Positions 20,360 to 24,000 of a stretch of 24,000 bases of DNA are shown here, one piece after another. The notes below the pieces were generated by a model. It had not been told where the DNA came from and ran no database searches. It saw only the letters and a program-made list of their open reading frames with translations. Positions within the stretch are counted from its first letter, which is position 1. The number at the start of each line of letters is the position of its first letter. A program made the position numbers and the translations under genes. The stretch lies in assembly GCF_040783495.1 (NCBI RefSeq), contig NZ_CP157262.1; one strand, written 5' to 3'. The stretch is from Escherichia coli (GTDB taxonomy: Bacteria > Pseudomonadota > Gammaproteobacteria > Enterobacterales > Enterobacteriaceae).

Positions 20360-21256
20360 TCAGGAAACATTCCCAGCAGTAAGGTATTTTCCTAACATTG
20401 TTAACACGGCTTCTTTCAGCCATACTGGTTCAATAATTTCAACATTCGGTAGCCAGTATAAAATCAACGGGATAATTTGATTTTTATGTGCAGCCTTGCA
20501 TGACAGCGTAATGCCATTGTCATGTTTGTGTAGCAATTGCTGGTAAGGAAGTAAATCCCGTCGCAAAAAATAATGGGCGATATTACTGTGAATGAACAAC
20601 ACTACATCAAATGTTTTGTCGCTCACCCACGGGTCACATGACTCACTTATCAGTGACTGTATTTTCTCACTCTTTGCAAACTTTTCTTTTTTTATATCCA
20701 GCCATTTTATTTTAGCTAATGAAAACGACTTTAACTTGTTCTTTTCAGTAGCCAGCAAATACCATATACTTCTCTGATTAGTTAATTTATAAGGATGAAC
20801 GATTCTGGTCTTACCGGCATATGTAATCTGACAAACATTACTATTGCGGATCGCTTTTTCAAGAACGCCAAGATATTTCCTTAAATCATCCCTGATGGTG
20901 TGCTCAGGGTTATGAAACTGAACACGAATATGCTCTTCGGTTGCCCTGTTTTCTAATTTCTGCCAGAAATTTTCATCCCTTTCAGGAAAAATCGCATCAG
21001 TATCCAGTAACCTGGCCAGAGATTTGTGCAGTGATTCTTTGTTCTGGTTATCTGTTCTTGCTGAAATAAGCCGGTATTTTCCATCACCACAGGCTTCAAT
21101 AAAGGGAGAAAGCATGTTCAGATCACGATATGCTGTTCGCTCAGTGATGTTGTATTTTTTCATCAAATTATGGCGACTGACCACGCCATAATTCTGTAAT
21201 TCAACAAGGATATCAATCAAACGCTCCGCTGAGCGATTTCTCGTTGAGTCAGCCAT
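20360..21256 (-). CDS. HTH + WYL-domain transcriptional regulator (298 aa)
   Basis: N-terminal DeoR/HTH_11-like 'RSAERLIDILVELQNYGVVSRHNLMKKYNITERTAYRDLNML', then a WYL-domain-like middle/C-terminus 'ICQITYAGKTRIVHPYKLTNQRSIWYLLA...FSLAKIKWLDI' (residues in the order given in the track). First gene of the minus-strand cluster. Confidence 0.85.
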   Translation of the reverse strand: MADSTRNRSAERLIDILVELQNYGVVSRHNLMKKYNITERTAYRDLNMLSPFIEACGDGKYRLISARTDNQNKESLHKSLARLLDTDAIFPERDENFWQKLENRATEEHIRVQFHNPEHTIRDDLRKYLGVLEKAIRNSNVCQITYAGKTRIVHPYKLTNQRSIWYLLATEKNKLKSFSLAKIKWLDIKKEKFAKSEKIQSLISESCDPWVSDKTFDVVLFIHSNIAHYFLRRDLLPYQQLLHKHDNGITLSCKAAHKNQIIPLILYWLPNVEIIEPVWLKEAVLTMLGKYLTAGNVS

Positions 21257-21309
21257 AAATCACTGCACCTGTAGTATTACTCTTGTGTAAGTGAATTATA
21301 TAAATACCC

Positions 21310-21326
21310 CTGACATCATTTGTCAG
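21310..21326 (-). promoter_or_regulatory. Candidate operator overlapping the predicted -35 of the WYL gene
   Basis: Perfect dyad CTGACA-AATGA-TGTCAG (minus-strand reading) with a TTATAT -10-like box 17 bp after the CTGACA half-site, about 55 bp upstream of the WYL start codon. Confidence 0.4.
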
Positions 21327-21675
21327 TTCCACAAAACTACGCCTTCCGGCAACAGATTTTTATTTGATTATGTTCAAACTTTAAACCAGATGTCCGGGGC
21401 CTCCTTCGTAATACGGTTTATTATTTCCGGAAGGGCTGATATGGCAAAAAACAACGTATCCCAACAACAGTCCTTTTTCATTTAACAGACTGACAACCAT
21501 ACTGCGCGCTACCCTGCCCCCTGTAAAAAATCAACGAAAGTAATATTTTTGCTCTATTTATATTTCATTCATCTGAAATTATTAGTTGCCAGAGGGAGAA
21601 TATCATCAGGATATCTGTTATTGATTTGTCATACCTGCACTTTACTGTGCTCCAAAGCGCAGGCAGAAATGGCTG

Positions 21676-22413
21676 TCAGAAGTTATATGTTGCACCTAAC
21701 ATAAACTCGTTACTTCTGACATCAACAGAGGATTTATATTTAGCACCATCCTCATCTTTATAAGTCAGAGTGGAATCCCCTGCATCCAGATACCGGTAGC
21801 TGAGGTCAAGGCTGAAATCCTGCGTCACATCGTATTTAACACCGGCACCCAGGCTCCATGCCAGGTTGTTTTCGTATTTTGACGCTGAAGCTGAATAAAC
21901 TTCACTGCCTGCCGGGCTGTTATCGGTATATATGTACGAAGTTTTATGATGAACCCGTGCATAACCCAGACCAGCAGATATCCATGGTGTGAATGCACTG
22001 CTGTTTCTGAAATCATAATACGCATTCAGCATCAGCGTGTTTACACTGAGCTTGTTCTGTGCATCATCAAACTCGGCACCACCGGCACTTTCCCAATAAC
22101 TCAGACGATATTTTGATTCAGCGTTACCGCGGCCATAAAACTCCACTTCAGTACGCACCGGCACATTGTAGTGCTGATAAAAATCGTATCCCACCGCAAG
22201 GCCTGCGCCAAAAACCGTATCACTTTTGTCACTGCCTTTGTATTTATCCGCCCATGCCCCTTCACCATCAACGAAACGTTGCTCTGAAAGTGACATAACA
22301 GAAACACCGGCTTTACCGGTCACATAAAAGCCAGTTTTGTTCTCATCAGCCAGAGTCTGGGCCGAAAACATGCCTGCCATTGCAAGTGTTGAAACAGCAA
22401 TAACCTTTTTCAT
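21676..22413 (-). CDS. Outer membrane beta-barrel adhesin of the Tia/Hek/Hra1 family
   Basis: MKKVIAVSTLAMAGMFSAQTLADENKTGFYVTGKAGVSV... signal peptide, repeated amphipathic strands, 'VNTLMLNAYYDFRNSSAFTPWISAGLGYARVHHKT', terminal 'MLGATYNF'. The track start at 22422 adds 3 codons. Confidence 0.9.
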   Translation of the reverse strand: MKKVIAVSTLAMAGMFSAQTLADENKTGFYVTGKAGVSVMSLSEQRFVDGEGAWADKYKGSDKSDTVFGAGLAVGYDFYQHYNVPVRTEVEFYGRGNAESKYRLSYWESAGGAEFDDAQNKLSVNTLMLNAYYDFRNSSAFTPWISAGLGYARVHHKTSYIYTDNSPAGSEVYSASASKYENNLAWSLGAGVKYDVTQDFSLDLSYRYLDAGDSTLTYKDEDGAKYKSSVDVRSNEFMLGATYNF

Positions 22414-22462
22414 TTCAATCATCTCCGTTGGTTCTTACCCCACCCGATAAAGAAGGTTGCTC

Positions 22463-22492
22463 ATTTTAAAACCATGCAAAAGACAAGGTAAA
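22463..22492 (-). promoter_or_regulatory. Predicted promoter of the Tia/Hek-like gene
   Basis: Minus-strand TTTACC - 18 bp - TAAAAT. Confidence 0.4.
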
Positions 22493-22504
22493 AAGAGAAA
22501 ATTC

Positions 22505-22530
22505 GATCGAATCGATCGACAAAATCGATC
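22505..22530. promoter_or_regulatory. Cluster of three Dam methylation (GATC) sites upstream of the Tia/Hek-like promoter
   Basis: GATC at 22505-22508, 22514-22517 and 22527-22530 in 'TTCGATCGAATCGATCGACAAAATCGATCATG'. Confidence 0.5.
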
Positions 22531-22773
22531 ATGAATGATGAAGATTTCTTATCGAAGACATGAAAATGGTAAGGAATGGTTTAAGAGGTAATTGCAACGG
22601 CATGGAAGTATTGAGACCAGAACAGCACGAGATAAAGCGGCTGAACGTCAGATGAGCTACATGGACGTAACTCAGTGCAGGCCGCGTATAATCCATAAAT
22701 GAAGTGGCTGAAAGGTGACTTCCCGGGGCATCCCAGATATCTACAACACTCTATCCGGCTCCGGATAAACCAT

Positions 22774-23784
22774 TTATGGCAATATCATGAGCAGCGTTGC
22801 TGAACCAGATAGTACTCCTGGTTGTATCTTTGAAGATTCACCATAGAGGCGACTGCCGATGGTCAGGTTTTGTGTACCTGCTTTGTACCATCTCATCGTT
22901 GTCTCTCCTGTGTCCACCCCGTTAACTGAAACAATGGAGTCCCAGCCATGCCCCAGACCAACCGAAAATTTCTTACCATGGCTGTATGTCGGAGTTGTAT
23001 TTCTTAACAGCATAAAACGAATATTTGCAGGCACATCGCAAGACACAGAAAGAGTCTGAGCCGCATAATGATTATTAGCGCTATTAATAGACAGATCACC
23101 ATGCTTTATTTCCAGAGACTGTGCAGAAGGACGGCATCCGCCGATATTCTTAAATAAGAATAACATTTCATTCTCTCTTGGGAGGGTTTTGGCCACATTG
23201 TATGGGATTTTAAAACGGGCCCCCAAGTAACTCGCGAAATGACGCTGCATGCCGGAAGTGTATGGAATTTTAACAGAATAATCCCCTAAAGGAAGATCTG
23301 CAGGTAAGGCGACTTTAAAAATAATATCGTCAAATTTCTCAGTCAGACGAGTTGTTTCTCCTGGTTTCTGACACAAATTACCTGCATCAAAGGCCCGCTC
23401 ATCCCACTTATACCCCTTGAGAAAAAAATAGCTGTCATTGTCACCACTATTCTCCTCACTCCAGTTACCTTTATTATGAACCTCAATAAATAAGGGATAT
23501 CCATTTTGGGTCATAACCTTTTTGGGGAATACTACCCACGCAATATACTCCCTGTAGTAAGCCCAGGAGCCATCAGCAAACCCAGGACCATTACACTGAT
23601 TCCAGGTTACCGTAGCAATGCCCGGGCGCCACGAAGTTATAAATTGTGGCCTTTGAGTAATCACCACATTCCCTCCCTGATAAGAGTTAACGTCTCCAAG
23701 GGAGTAAAAGACAATATTATTCCATGCAGAGGACTCACCAGACACACACAAGGAAAATAACAAAGCTGGGAACCATTTTTTCAT
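22774..23784 (-). CDS. papG: P-fimbrial tip adhesin PapG, class II allele
   Basis: 336 aa, MKKWFPALLFSLCVSGESSAWNNIVFYSLGDVNSYQGGNVVITQRPQFITSWRPGIATVTWNQCNGPGFADGSWAYYREYIAWVVFPKKV..., matching recalled PapG-II almost throughout. papF lies directly upstream. Confidence 0.95.
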   Translation of the reverse strand: MKKWFPALLFSLCVSGESSAWNNIVFYSLGDVNSYQGGNVVITQRPQFITSWRPGIATVTWNQCNGPGFADGSWAYYREYIAWVVFPKKVMTQNGYPLFIEVHNKGNWSEENSGDNDSYFFLKGYKWDERAFDAGNLCQKPGETTRLTEKFDDIIFKVALPADLPLGDYSVKIPYTSGMQRHFASYLGARFKIPYNVAKTLPRENEMLFLFKNIGGCRPSAQSLEIKHGDLSINSANNHYAAQTLSVSCDVPANIRFMLLRNTTPTYSHGKKFSVGLGHGWDSIVSVNGVDTGETTMRWYKAGTQNLTIGSRLYGESSKIQPGVLSGSATLLMILP

Positions 23785-23827
23785 CAGAAATCACTTCCGT
23801 AATTACAGTTATTCATTTAGGTATGAC

Positions 23828-24000
23828 TCAGTTATAAATCATGCTCATACTGGCCGTGGTCCGGAAATCCCCGCCATTCAGTGTCCTGCTGCCATTACGA
23901 AAGGGCACTGAAGTAAAGGTGAACGTTGAACGTGCTGTGTCCAGACCTGCTGTCACTCTGTAACCATTTCCTGAACCATTACCTAATGTAAGAGGTGTTG
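23828..24000 (-). CDS. papF: PapF minor fimbrial subunit, C-terminal part (gene continues beyond the window)
   Basis: Minus-strand translation ...TPLTLGNGSGNGYRVTAGLDTARSTFTFTSVPFRNGSRTLNGGDFRTTASMSMIYN*. Pilin C-terminal pattern with a penultimate aromatic residue, and the expected papF-papG order. Confidence 0.9.
   Translation of the reverse strand, partial: TPLTLGNGSGNGYRVTAGLDTARSTFTFTSVPFRNGSRTLNGGDFRTTASMSMIYN

Noticed and set aside
21291-21485. 64-aa plus-strand ORF between the WYL gene and the Tia/Hek-like gene
   Set aside because: No recognisable domain and no clear ribosome-binding site. Overlaps the predicted divergent promoter region. Insufficient evidence to call a gene.
22502-22532. 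Tandem TCGATCGA units considered as a CRISPR-like or mobile-element repeat
   Set aside because: Too short and lacks regular repeat/spacer structure. Better explained as a cluster of GATC sites, reported separately.
22560-22770. Possible remnant coding sequence between the Tia/Hek-like gene and papG (e.g. 'RDKAAERQMSYMDVTQCRPR')
   Set aside because: Only a short open stretch with no recognisable family. Might be an IS or gene relic but unsupported without a database search.

Overview
The window has two parts. Bases 1 to about 13,130 are conserved Escherichia coli core genome: pflF(3' part)-ybiV-ybiT-ldtB(ybiS)-ybiR-mntR-mntS-opgE(ybiP)-ompX-rhtA-dps-glnH. Bases from about 13,300 to 24,000 are a pathogenicity-island-like block. 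It starts with a P4-type tyrosine integrase directly downstream of glnH, where K-12 carries glnP-glnQ, and ends in the 3' part of a P-fimbrial operon (papF', papG class II). Between them are a TPR protein, a decayed phosphoethanolamine-transferase-like gene, a Tia/Hek(Hra)-type outer-membrane adhesin, and a compact minus-strand cluster that I cannot assign to a named system. That cluster encodes an HTH-WYL regulator, a Gly/Ala-rich coiled-coil membrane protein, a membrane-anchored HNH-like protein, a CxxCxxCC (YkgJ-like) cysteine-cluster protein and a small membrane protein. It is the best candidate here for an undescribed system, possibly defence or toxin-like, but that function is inference. 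Other points of interest: three closely spaced Dam (GATC) sites just upstream of the adhesin's predicted promoter, apparent loss of ybiU with a BIME/REP at the junction, interruption of the glnHPQ operon, and an un-tracked mntS ORF next to overlapping palindromes.
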